The translations under genes were made by a program, and so were the position numbers. This document shows positions 9,355 through 18,228 of a stretch of DNA of 64,000 bases, piece by piece; positions within the stretch are counted from its first letter, which is position 1, and every line of letters starts with the position of its first letter. The notes beneath the pieces were generated by a model that searched no databases, was not told the DNA's origin, and saw nothing but the letters and a program-made list of their open reading frames with translations. The DNA is from Chloroflexota bacterium (lineage in GTDB: Bacteria; Chloroflexota; Dehalococcoidia; Bin125). The stretch lies in NCBI GenBank assembly GCA_028875225.1, contig JAPPFB010000002.1, positions 11,182 to 75,181 of the forward strand. Reading direction: 5' to 3'.

Positions 9355-9461
9355 CCTCCCCCTTTGGGGGAGGTGTCACGAAGTGACGGAGGGGGCAGGT
9401 CTCAGGCTTGACGCGGAGGGCCCCCTCAGTCGCTCCGCGACAGCTCCCCCGGAGGGGGAGC
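9355..9461. repeat. REP-like palindrome family B, inverted doublet
   Basis: CCTCCCCCTTTGGGGGAGGTGTCACGAAGTGACGGAGGGGG ... CCCCCTCAGTCGCTCCGCGACAGCTCCCCCGGAGGGGGAGC. Confidence 0.85.
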
Positions 9462-9474
9462 CCTTGGGATCTGC

Positions 9475-10629
9475 CTAGGCGGTCGCCATCACTGGTTCGA
9501 TGAAGCTGAGCTTCTCGAACTCTCCGTCAACGATCGGCTTGGCGTCGAGTCCCATCCAGTCTTCGAGCAGCGTCGAGTAGACGCCGCGGAAGTCGTGGTT
9601 GGGGACGAGGTCGCCCTGCTCGAGGTCGGTTGGCTTAATGCTGGGGAACTCACCGTGCATGCCGCCCACGGCATGCGGGCCGATGACGAAGCAGCCGCCG
9701 CCGGCGCCATGGTCCGAGCCGGAGCCGTTGTCTCGGACCCGGCGGCCGAACTCGGTAAACAGGAACATGATCACGTTGTCGGCGCGGTCGTGGGCCTTGA
9801 CGTCGTCCCAGAAGTCGGAGATCGCCCGCGAGAGGTCGGTCCAGAGCTTCTCGAAGACCGGCTTCTGGTTAGCGTGGGTGTCGAAGCCGATCAGCTGCGT
9901 GTAGAAGACGCGCGTGCCGAGGTCGGCGCAGTGAATTGTCGCCATGTCCTTGAGACTGCGCGAGATCTGCTCGGTGCCCCACTCGACCGTGGTCTCGTAG
10001 CGGCCCAGGCCCTCTTTGAGGATGTCGGCGCCCTTGAGCGCGTCGAGTCCGGTGCGGCCCAGGTATTCCTGGACGTAGCCGGTGCCGATCGCGCGGCCGT
10101 ACATGTTGACAAAGCGCTCGAGCATCTTCTCGCGCTGGCGTTGCTGCTCGATCCCGGTCAGCAGGCCGTAGGTCGAGAGGTCGGCGACGGACGCCACGGT
10201 CACTCCGGGCACGACCAGCGCCCGAGGCAGGCCTTGCCCGATGTGGACGCCGGTGACCGGGTTTTCGCCGGTCGGGTCGAGGTCGCGGATCGCGCGGCCG
10301 ACCCAGCCCTCGGTGCCGACCTTGTTGGGCTCACAGGTGTGCCAGATGTCCATCGAGCGGAAGTGTGAGCGCGGCGAATTGGGATAGCCAACGCCGTGGA
10401 TCAAGGCCATCTCGCTCTGGTCGTAGAGCTCCTTGAGCGGCGCCATCGTCGGGTGCAGGCCGAAGTGGTCATCGATCTTGAGGACCTGATCCTCGCCGAT
10501 GCAGAGGTCGCCGTTGCGGGCGTCGTTGTAGTACCCATCGGCGTAGGGCACCACGCTGTTCATGTAGTCGTTGCCGCCGGTCAACTGGATGATGACGACA
10601 ACCGGGTCATTGCTTCTCGTAGCTTCCAT
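9475..10629 (-). CDS. DUF1501 family protein
   Basis: QLTGGND, GLHP, GYPNSPRSHFRSMDIW, GFDTHANQ, TEFGRR, GSDHG. Confidence 0.88.
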   Translation of the reverse strand: MEATRSNDPVVVIIQLTGGNDYMNSVVPYADGYYNDARNGDLCIGEDQVLKIDDHFGLHPTMAPLKELYDQSEMALIHGVGYPNSPRSHFRSMDIWHTCEPNKVGTEGWVGRAIRDLDPTGENPVTGVHIGQGLPRALVVPGVTVASVADLSTYGLLTGIEQQRQREKMLERFVNMYGRAIGTGYVQEYLGRTGLDALKGADILKEGLGRYETTVEWGTEQISRSLKDMATIHCADLGTRVFYTQLIGFDTHANQKPVFEKLWTDLSRAISDFWDDVKAHDRADNVIMFLFTEFGRRVRDNGSGSDHGAGGGCFVIGPHAVGGMHGEFPSIKPTDLEQGDLVPNHDFRGVYSTLLEDWMGLDAKPIVDGEFEKLSFIEPVMATA

Positions 10630-10665
10630 GTCTGTGTCTTTCTGCTGGCTCCTCTGGCCGTTCCG

Positions 10666-10692
10666 GTCCCCTCTCCCTCTGGGAGAGGGGAC
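10666..10692. repeat. Short palindrome (family B-related hairpin)
   Basis: GTCCCCTCTCCCTCTGGGAGAGGGGAC, a perfect stem between DUF1800 and DUF1501. Confidence 0.65.
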
Positions 10693-10701
10693 AAAGCGGA
10701 A

Positions 10702-12111
10702 TCATCCAAACTGGTACTCCGTGGTCGCGGCGATCAGCGCCAACATCTCGCCGACGCGCTCCGAGGAACCGTCGTAGTCGTCGCTCCAGGAGAGGTCGCC
10801 GCCCTCCGATGCGTGCTCGATCAGTTCCAGCCTGGTCGCTTCGCCCACGTCGAGCGGCCCGAACAGGTCGAGGCAGTGGTCGACCATCTCGTCCGGGGCC
10901 ATGCTGGTGCCGTTCGAGGCGGCGATCCGCTGGCAGATCTTCTGCACGCCGGGCAGCTCGGTGTTGCTGACCCGGTCGGCGACGAAGTTGATCCGTCCCA
11001 CCACCGCGCCGGAGTTGATCCAGTTGGGGCCCGTCGACCAGCCCTCGACCGAGGGCGGGTTGTGCAGACTCTGGCCCATGTGCGCCGATTCCTGGCCGAG
11101 TTCGATCAGCTCGGGCTTCGGACCGAACATGTCCTCGGTCAGGCGCAGCGTCGAAACGACGGTCTCGACCGGGCTCTTGACCTTCTGGAACGCCGACTCC
11201 TTGAAGAAGTCGGAGTTGAACAGCGCGCGCAGGACCGGCTTGATCTCGTAGCTCGAGTCCTTGAACACGCCGGCCAAGTAGTCAATCGCCTCCGGATCCC
11301 TGGGCGGCTCGATGTCCCAGGCCGGCACCTGCGGCTCGTCGGCGACGAAGAAGGTGTACAGGTGGCGCGCAATGAAGCGCGGGCAGGCGTCCTCTTCGAG
11401 GATGATGTCGATGATGTCCAGCCCGTCGAAGTTGCCCGTGCGGCCGAGGAACTCCTTCTCACCGTAGTCGTGCTCCTCGGGTCGGAACTCGAACTGGAAG
11501 AAGAAGCGGTGGTTGGGCACGCGCGGGATCTTCGGGCCCAGCGTCCAGCCGGTGAAGGCGCGGGCGCACTCGAAGACGTCCTTCTCGGTGTAGTTGCCGA
11601 CGCCCATCGAGAACAGCTCGAGCAACTCGCGCCCCCAGTTCTCGTTCGGCGAGCGCTTGTGGTTCTCGTGGTTGTCGAGCCAGTAAATCATGGCCGGGCT
11701 CTGGGCCAGCATGATCAGCAGGTCGCGGTAGTTGCCCGTGCCAAAATCGCGGAACATGTCGACCATAGCGATCAGATGGTTGTCGTTGTCGACCTTGGAG
11801 TTGCCCACCGCGAAGATGCCGTGCCAAAACAGCGCCATCTTCTCTTCCAGCGGCCGCTGCGTGTTGACCAGGTGGTAGAGCCAGTTGGCGGCGCCGGGAA
11901 CGGTCACCGGACCACCGGTCTCGAGCGACGGCATATAGCGGAAGAGCAGGTGTAGATCGGCGCGCGGTATGTCCGCGGGCGGATCGACGAGCTGCTCGAC
12001 TGTCTCCTCATAGCCCTGATCGACGAGCCGTTCCAACTCGTCGCGGGACGCGCCAAACCCTGCCCGGCGCATCAGGTGCGCCATCTGGGCAATCTCTTGC
12101 GTTGCCGACAT
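10702..12111 (-). CDS. DUF1800 family protein
   Basis: HLMRRAGFG, LEEKMALFWH, PAMIYWLDN, PNENWGRELLELFSMG, ARAFTGW, KVKSP, PPSVEGW, EYQ C-terminus. Confidence 0.9.
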   Translation of the reverse strand: MSATQEIAQMAHLMRRAGFGASRDELERLVDQGYEETVEQLVDPPADIPRADLHLLFRYMPSLETGGPVTVPGAANWLYHLVNTQRPLEEKMALFWHGIFAVGNSKVDNDNHLIAMVDMFRDFGTGNYRDLLIMLAQSPAMIYWLDNHENHKRSPNENWGRELLELFSMGVGNYTEKDVFECARAFTGWTLGPKIPRVPNHRFFFQFEFRPEEHDYGEKEFLGRTGNFDGLDIIDIILEEDACPRFIARHLYTFFVADEPQVPAWDIEPPRDPEAIDYLAGVFKDSSYEIKPVLRALFNSDFFKESAFQKVKSPVETVVSTLRLTEDMFGPKPELIELGQESAHMGQSLHNPPSVEGWSTGPNWINSGAVVGRINFVADRVSNTELPGVQKICQRIAASNGTSMAPDEMVDHCLDLFGPLDVGEATRLELIEHASEGGDLSWSDDYDGSSERVGEMLALIAATTEYQFG

Positions 12112-12278
12112 GTGTTTCCTCAGATTCCGTACCAGAATGAAGCCCCACTCGCCGCGTGGCGCTCCGTATCACAAGCTACACAATTTGTGAAGCCATCGCT
12201 GAGATTCAGCCAGATCCGCTGCCCGGCTCTCCCCCAGCTCTCCGCTCCGATACTCCGCAATGCTGTGACTCTCCGCTC

Positions 12279-12671
12279 CGATGCCCCGCGCTCCGACGCG
12301 GGGCCCAGACCTCGGCCGTAGAGCGGAGCACCGTTGCCAATCTCGGCACGAACTCAGAGCGGAGGATCGGCTGGCGATGACTGAGCTAAGGATGACGGCG
12401 CCTCCCGCACGGCGTTACTCGCCCTGGGCCCCGCATCGGGGTGCGGGGCATCGCAGAGGTGAATGAACAGAGCGCCTTGCCCGCGACCTCTGAGCTGAAG
12501 CTGACGGCGCCTCCCGCACGACATTACTCGCCCTGGGCCCCGCATCGGGGTGCGGGGCATCGCGGGGTTGAATGAACAGAGCGCCCTGCCCGCGACCTCT
12601 GAGCTGAGGGTGACGGCGCCTCCCGCACGGCGTTACTCGCCCTGGGCCCCGCATCGGAGTGCGGGGCATCG
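12279..12671. repeat. REPIN-like family A element with a 109-bp tandem amplification of its right arm
   Basis: Left arm CGATGCCCCGCGCTCCGACGCGGGGCCCAG at 12279-12308; inverted arms CTGGGCCCCGCATCGGRGTGCGGGGCATCG at 12424, 12533 and 12642; units starting TGAGCT at 12382, 12491 and 12600 (period 109). Confidence 0.92.
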
Positions 12672-12726
12672 AAGGGCAAATGATGGGAATGCCGCATGTT
12701 CGGTGCGGAGCATCGAGCAATCGCGA

Positions 12727-13581
12727 CTAGCGACCCGCCAATGCTCGACCCCGATTCAGCGCTTCCGATACGCGGGCAGCGCCGGGCATGAGGAAGGAAA
12801 AGCCTTCTTCGATCCGCTGATCGACGTTGGACATGTCGACCTGCGGCGAGCCGTAGGGCACGCCGCGCTCCTGGCAGACCTCGCGGGCTCGTCGGACGGC
12901 GTCGTCGACCAGCGGACCGGGCGCGCCCCGCTGACCCAGTGAAACGGAGAGGTCACTCTCGCTGATCAGGATCAGGCCTGGCTTCGGGACCGCGTCGAGG
13001 ATGGCGGGCAGGTTGTCGACGCCCTCGATCGTCTCGCACTGCAGGATGGGGAGGATCTCGCCGTTCGGATCGAGCGGCCAGACGTCGGCGCGGTTGAAGT
13101 ACTCGGGCTGGTCCAGACCCCAGTAGCGCAGGGCGTTGCCCGGCGCGTGGCCGCGCCGCCCGACCGGCTCCTGGTCGGGCGCGTCTTCGGCCTGGATGTA
13201 GCGAGCCGCCTGCAGAGCGGCGATGGCGTCGTCTGGGGTGTTGATCATCGGGAAGACGATTCCGTAGACGCCGATGTCGAGCACCTGTTTGACGATCCAC
13301 TGGCTTTGCTCGCGTCCGTTGACGGGGATGCGCACCATCGGCGTCACGACCGGCGCGAGCGAACCCGATTCGAGGATCTGGCGTCGATTGAGCATGTACT
13401 GCAGCGACAGGCTGAGGTCGCTGAGGTTGAAGGCGTTGTGCTCAAGCTCATAGACGACGAAGTCGTAGCTCGAGGAAGCGATCCAGGTGGCGTCGGGGAT
13501 CGATCCGGCCGGCAGGAACGGACCGAAGGCCGGTTGGCCCGCCTCGATCAGCTCAATCACCTTGTTCAGTCGCTCGGCCAT
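12727..13581 (-). CDS. HpcH/HpaI aldolase/citrate lyase family protein
   Basis: DFVVYELEH, PMVRIP, KQVLDIGVYGIVFPMI, LQCETIEGVDNL, SDLSVSLG. Confidence 0.85.
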   Translation of the reverse strand: MAERLNKVIELIEAGQPAFGPFLPAGSIPDATWIASSSYDFVVYELEHNAFNLSDLSLSLQYMLNRRQILESGSLAPVVTPMVRIPVNGREQSQWIVKQVLDIGVYGIVFPMINTPDDAIAALQAARYIQAEDAPDQEPVGRRGHAPGNALRYWGLDQPEYFNRADVWPLDPNGEILPILQCETIEGVDNLPAILDAVPKPGLILISESDLSVSLGQRGAPGPLVDDAVRRAREVCQERGVPYGSPQVDMSNVDQRIEEGFSFLMPGAARVSEALNRGRALAGR

Positions 13582-13680
13582 ACTGCCATCTCCACTCCTG
13601 GCGGAATCGGTTAGCGCGAAGGTACCAGCGACCTCAAGCCTCGTGTTCTAGCCTTCGCCGCAGGTATTGGAGACAGGCAG

Positions 13681-14454
13681 ATGCCCACAGAACACAGAGA
13701 ACTCATCGTCGATGACGGGCCGGTCACTCGGCTGACGATCAACCGTCCCGAGCGGCACAACGCGATCAACACCGAGGTCGGCGACGCGATCGTTGACGTC
13801 GTCAATCGGGTCGGACGGGATCCGTCCGTGTACGTGGTCGTCCTGGCCGGCGAGGGTCGATCGTTCTGCTCCGGCGACGACGTCAGCGAAGGGGCCGAGG
13901 GCAGCATTCCCGACTACCCGTGGCAGAATCCGTATCACGCGCCGCACATCGCCGCGTTCAACCTCGAGCGACACCCCTACTTCCGCTTGCAGTCGCTATT
14001 GCGCCGGATTCCGCAGATGGTGATTGCGCAAGTCCACGGCTACTGCATGGGTTCGGGATTCGACCTGATGCTGGCCTCGGATTACGCCATCGCCGATCCC
14101 GACGCACGGCTGCGCATGGTGATCCCCGCAACCGGATTCCTGCCCAAATACGTGGGTCTCAAGCAGGCCACGCGGCTGATCCTGGACGACCAGTTCATCT
14201 CCGGCACCGAAGCGGCCGAGCTGGGCCTGGTGACCAAAGTCGCCGAGCCGGGCAAGCTGCGCGAGGAAGTCGACGAGCTGGCACAACGACTGGCAACGTT
14301 CGGGCGGGAACGGCACGGCTATCTCGGCGTGGTCAAGGAAGCGATCAACCGCTCGCTCTGGCCGCACCTCGACGACGACCTGCGCATGCAACTGATCACC
14401 CACCGGATGAGCGACCTGTATCGCCAACACCCCTACGAACCTCATCTCGTCTGA
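13681..14454 (+). CDS. Enoyl-CoA hydratase/isomerase (crotonase) family protein, atypical active site
   Basis: LTINRPERHNA, SFCSGDD, IAQVHGYCMGSG, EAAELGLV. Confidence 0.85.
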   Translation: MPTEHRELIVDDGPVTRLTINRPERHNAINTEVGDAIVDVVNRVGRDPSVYVVVLAGEGRSFCSGDDVSEGAEGSIPDYPWQNPYHAPHIAAFNLERHPYFRLQSLLRRIPQMVIAQVHGYCMGSGFDLMLASDYAIADPDARLRMVIPATGFLPKYVGLKQATRLILDDQFISGTEAAELGLVTKVAEPGKLREEVDELAQRLATFGRERHGYLGVVKEAINRSLWPHLDDDLRMQLITHRMSDLYRQHPYEPHLV

Positions 14455-16961
14455 TGCCGCAATCCGACCTCCCGCTGGCCGGCTCGGTCGTGATCGACCT
14501 GAGCGACGAGTGTCTCTGCCTCGGCGCGCGCTGGCTCTCCGATTTCGGCGCGGATGTGATTCGCGTTGAATCGGCCTCGGGCGACGCGCTCAGGATCAAC
14601 GGACCGCACCTGGACGACCGCAGCGATGTCGAGAGCGGCCTGCGCCACTTGCTCTACAACGCCGGCAAACGCAGCTTGGCGCTCAACTTCGACGCCCCCG
14701 GCTCCTGGGATCTCGTCGACCGGCTGCTCGCCGAGGCTGATTTGGTCCTGGCGCCGCTGGACAAGTCTGTCGACGCCCGCCGCTTCTTCGAGCGGGACCG
14801 GTTGCAGCGCGTACACCCTCATCTCGGCGTGATCGACGTCGTCACTCGACGCGGTGGCGAGGGGCTCCCCGCCTCCGACATCGTCGGCGTCGCCGCCGGC
14901 GGGCTGATGCAGGGGCTGGGCTTCCCCGATGTCGCGCCCGACTATCCGGCGGGCAAACTGGCCTACAAGCAGGCCAGCCAGGTCGCAGCCGCGACCGCCG
15001 CGGCGATGCTCTACGACCGCCGCAATGGCGTCCGCCCGAGCCACGCCTATATCTCGCTTCAGGAAGCGATCCTTTCGACCACGATCCACTTCGCCAACGA
15101 GAACCTCTGGCGGCAACTGGGCGAGAAGGCCTTCCGTCCCGGCGGCGACATTTCATCCCTCGTTCAGGCCAAGGACGGCAAGTGGCTGACATTTGGGATC
15201 ACGCCCAACACTCCCGAGCGCTGGGCCGCCTTCGGTCAGTGGCTGTACGAGCGATCGGGCTACGACGGCATCATCGGCGCCGAGTATCCGGGCGACATCT
15301 ACATCCCCGAGTGGGGCGGTGAGACGCACCGCGCCTTCCAGCGAGCCTGCGCCTCGCTGGACCGGGATGAGCTCTGCTACGAAGGGCAATCGCGCGGCTT
15401 CCTCGCCGTGCCGGTCAACTCGGCGCGCGACATCGTCGAGGATCCGCACCTGCATGAGCGGGGCACGTTTCGTCCGGTCGACCATCCGCAGTTCGATCGT
15501 GAGATCGACTTGCCTCGACTGCCGATCTACTCGACGGGATACGAACCGGTCGGCCGGCCGGCTCCGACGCTGGGCGCGGACTCGGCGGATGTGCTCGGAG
15601 AACTTCTGGGGTTGGGTGCGACGGAGTATGACGGGTTGGTCGTCTCTGGATTGGTGGCGGGACCAAATCGCCTGGCCGCGACATCGAGTCGTGCTTTCGC
15701 CCCCCGCAGAGCGGGGGGAGATGCCGAAGGCAGAGGGGGGACGCCCAATGGCGCCGGGCGTGACAACCTGCCCCTCAAGGGCATCCGTGTCATTGACTTC
15801 TGCTGGCAGGCGGCGGGACCCCTGACCACCGAACTGATGGCGAATCTGGGCGCGGACGTGATCAAGATCGAGACGGACGCCCGGATCGATACGCTCCGCG
15901 TCGCGCTACCCGCCTACGATCCGCCGACGATTGAGACCGGCGCGTTCTTCCAGGACTGCAATACCGACAAGCGCAGCATCAATCTCAACCTTGGCGCGCC
16001 AGAGGGGCTGCGCGTCGCCTACGACCTGATCCGCGAGGCCGATGTCGTCACCGACAACTTCACCGGCGGCGTGATGAAGCGGCTCGGACTGGGCTTCGAC
16101 GACCTGAAGAAGATCAACCCGCGCATCGTCGTCTGCAGCCTGCCCGTGATGGGCACCTGGGGACCGAAAGCGTCGTGGAAGGGAATCGGCAACAGTGTTG
16201 TCGCGCTCTGCGGTCTGGCCGGGCACACCGGCGCTGCCGACCGCAAACCGACCGGTGTCCTGTTGCACACCGATTTCACCCTGGGACCGCTGGCCGCGAC
16301 CGCGATTCTCTCCGCGCTGATCCAGCGCGACCGCACTGGCGTCGGCCAGGAGATTGAGATCCCACAGTACGAAGCCGGCATCCACCTGCTCGACACCGAA
16401 CTGATCGAACAGCTCGCCAACGGCGTCACGGTCGAACGTCGGGGCAATCGCTCACCCGAAATGGCGCCGCACGGACTCTTCCGCTGCGCCGGCGACGATC
16501 GTTGGCTGGCGCTGAGCGCGCGAGACACGGTCGACTGGCTGGAGATTTGCCGAACAATCGGACGAGATGATCTGGCCACACGTCAGGATCTGCGGACGCT
16601 GGAAGGCCGGAAAGCGGCCGAGGACGAGATCGAAGCGGCGATCACGAGTTGGACCTGCGCTCAGGGCGTCTGGCAGGCAACGGCTGCATTCGAGTTAGCC
16701 GGCGTCCCCGCAGGTCCCAATGAGGACATCGAAGACCTGGTCGAATCAGATCCGTCAATGGCCGGCTTCTTCCACGAGTTCGACCACCCAGTCGGGATCC
16801 GATTCATGGCCCAGAACCAGCCATTCCTCTGGAACGGCGAACGCCTGCCCATTCGGCGTGCCCCCTTCTTCGGCGAGCACAACGAACAGGTCTACCGGGA
16901 CGAATTGGGACTGAGTGAGGACGAGTTCACGCAACTCCTGCTCGACGAGGTGATCCGCTAA
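14454..16961 (+). CDS. Fused two-domain class III (CaiB/BaiF) CoA transferase
   Basis: ATG overlaps the upstream stop (TGATG). Two CaiB units: PLAGSVVIDLS...GADVIRVE...NAGKRS and PLKGIRVIDF...AGP...GADVIKIE...NTDKRS; C-terminal APFFGEHN. Confidence 0.9.
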   Translation: MPQSDLPLAGSVVIDLSDECLCLGARWLSDFGADVIRVESASGDALRINGPHLDDRSDVESGLRHLLYNAGKRSLALNFDAPGSWDLVDRLLAEADLVLAPLDKSVDARRFFERDRLQRVHPHLGVIDVVTRRGGEGLPASDIVGVAAGGLMQGLGFPDVAPDYPAGKLAYKQASQVAAATAAAMLYDRRNGVRPSHAYISLQEAILSTTIHFANENLWRQLGEKAFRPGGDISSLVQAKDGKWLTFGITPNTPERWAAFGQWLYERSGYDGIIGAEYPGDIYIPEWGGETHRAFQRACASLDRDELCYEGQSRGFLAVPVNSARDIVEDPHLHERGTFRPVDHPQFDREIDLPRLPIYSTGYEPVGRPAPTLGADSADVLGELLGLGATEYDGLVVSGLVAGPNRLAATSSRAFAPRRAGGDAEGRGGTPNGAGRDNLPLKGIRVIDFCWQAAGPLTTELMANLGADVIKIETDARIDTLRVALPAYDPPTIETGAFFQDCNTDKRSINLNLGAPEGLRVAYDLIREADVVTDNFTGGVMKRLGLGFDDLKKINPRIVVCSLPVMGTWGPKASWKGIGNSVVALCGLAGHTGAADRKPTGVLLHTDFTLGPLAATAILSALIQRDRTGVGQEIEIPQYEAGIHLLDTELIEQLANGVTVERRGNRSPEMAPHGLFRCAGDDRWLALSARDTVDWLEICRTIGRDDLATRQDLRTLEGRKAAEDEIEAAITSWTCAQGVWQATAAFELAGVPAGPNEDIEDLVESDPSMAGFFHEFDHPVGIRFMAQNQPFLWNGERLPIRRAPFFGEHNEQVYRDELGLSEDEFTQLLLDEVIR
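15695..15740 (+). repeat. Family B REP copy in frame inside the CoA-transferase linker
   Basis: 43/46 nt identical by manual alignment to the intergenic copy at 31220-31265. Confidence 0.9.
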
Positions 16962-16968
16962 ACAGCTC

Positions 16969-17115
16969 CGTCATTCCCGCGCTTGCCGCGGGAATCTCGC
17001 TGAATTCCGCACGGCCACTGACGAGGCAAGGGGCGCGTTGGCTATGTGGCCGGACTCAACACTCGAACCCCGTACGAGACACTGCGAGATACCCGCGGCA
17101 AGCGCGGGTATGACG
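16969..17115. repeat. REPIN-like family C element
   Basis: CGTCATTCCCGCGCTTGCCGCGGGAATCTCGC ... GCGAGATACCCGCGGCAAGCGCGGGTATGACG inverted arms; sister copy at 58835-58980. Confidence 0.9.
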
Positions 17116-17138
17116 ACCTGCTGTTGATCACAGCGGCA

Positions 17139-18191
17139 CTAGGCCCAGGGATCGATGATCACCTTGCAACCGCGCTGATTGAACGCCGTCTCGTACGCCT
17201 CCTGCGCCTCGTCGATGCTGAAGCGATGCGTGATCAGCTGCTCGACGGGCAGACCCTGCTGGACCAGCTCGAACAGCTCCAGCATCTCGTGCGGCGCGAC
17301 GCTCCAGCTGCCGATCAGGGTGAGTTCCTTGGGCAGCAGGTGACCGGCGACCGTGATCGGCGTCGGTCGAGGCACCGGGCCGTCCGGCGTCTCGTCGAAC
17401 TTGAGGCCGATGAATCCCACCCGGCCACCGACCCTCACTGCGTCGACGCAGAGCATCTGCGGCTCGGTGTAGCCGGTGAAGTCGAGCGCCACATCCGGCC
17501 CGCGACCGTCGGTCAGCTCCATGACCCTCTCAAGCGCATCCTCTGAAACAGGATCGATCGCCACATCGACGCCGTAGTCGCGAGCCATACTGCGCCGGAA
17601 CTCGGCTGGTTCCGTGGCGATCACCCGCGCCCCGAGCCGCTCGCAAATGATGGCGGCGGAGGCGCCGAGCGGTCCCAGACCGGTGATCAACACCGTGTCG
17701 AATCCGTTCACGCCCAGTCGACGGATGGCACGGTACGGCGTCCCCACCGCATCGACCAGGATTGAGCCGATCTCGAAGGGAACGTCGTCGGGCATCGGGA
17801 TGCAGTGGGTGTCGGGACGCGAAATGTACTGCGTGTGCGTGCCCAGGTACTCCTCGCCGCCCTCCGCGAGATCCGTGCAGAGCAGCCAGAGACCCTGGTG
17901 GCAGTACCAGCACTGACCGCATTGCTCGCCCATGTGCGCGATCACCGCGACGCGCGTCCCCTCGGCAATCTTGGCTGCCGGGCCGGTCTTTACGACCACG
18001 CCGGCCGCCTCGTGTCCTGAGTTGTACGAGTGCGAGTTGAAGTCTCGCTCGCCATGCCGGTAGCTGCGCAGCTCGGTGCCGCAGATCGTGCTGGCGATCA
18101 CCTTGACGATGACCCAGTTGTCGCGCACCTCCGGTTCGGGCACGTCAATCACTGCGACGCGCGAGTCGCCGTACATCTCAACTGCCTTCAT
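17139..18191 (-). CDS. Zinc-binding (MDR) alcohol dehydrogenase
   Basis: Likely start MKAVE; ICGTE, GHEAAG, CGQCWYC...C structural Zn cluster, GLGPLG, LITHRF. Confidence 0.9.
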   Translation of the reverse strand: MKAVEMYGDSRVAVIDVPEPEVRDNWVIVKVIASTICGTELRSYRHGERDFNSHSYNSGHEAAGVVVKTGPAAKIAEGTRVAVIAHMGEQCGQCWYCHQGLWLLCTDLAEGGEEYLGTHTQYISRPDTHCIPMPDDVPFEIGSILVDAVGTPYRAIRRLGVNGFDTVLITGLGPLGASAAIICERLGARVIATEPAEFRRSMARDYGVDVAIDPVSEDALERVMELTDGRGPDVALDFTGYTEPQMLCVDAVRVGGRVGFIGLKFDETPDGPVPRPTPITVAGHLLPKELTLIGSWSVAPHEMLELFELVQQGLPVEQLITHRFSIDEAQEAYETAFNQRGCKVIIDPWA

Positions 18192-18228
18192 GACGGACCT
18201 CGATCTCCTACCGACTCCAACCAGGGAT

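Noticed and set aside
12169-12190. TCACAA-N10-TTGTGA inverted repeat upstream of DUF1800 as a CRP/Rex site
   Set aside because: Half-site order and spacing do not match CRP or Rex boxes, and it is a single occurrence, so it cannot be supported.
12382-12671. Possible CRISPR array
   Set aside because: Sequences between the palindromes are near-identical rather than unique spacers, the period is 109 bp, and no cas genes are present.
12156-12942. Small ORFs across the tandem repeat
   Set aside because: They are translations of the palindromic units on both strands, and the 109-nt period is not a multiple of three.
13920-14453. N-terminal extension of the 1013-aa ORF suggesting a crotonase-transferase overlap or fusion
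   Set aside because: It is an off-frame read of the crotonase; the real start is the TGATG-coupled ATG at 14454.
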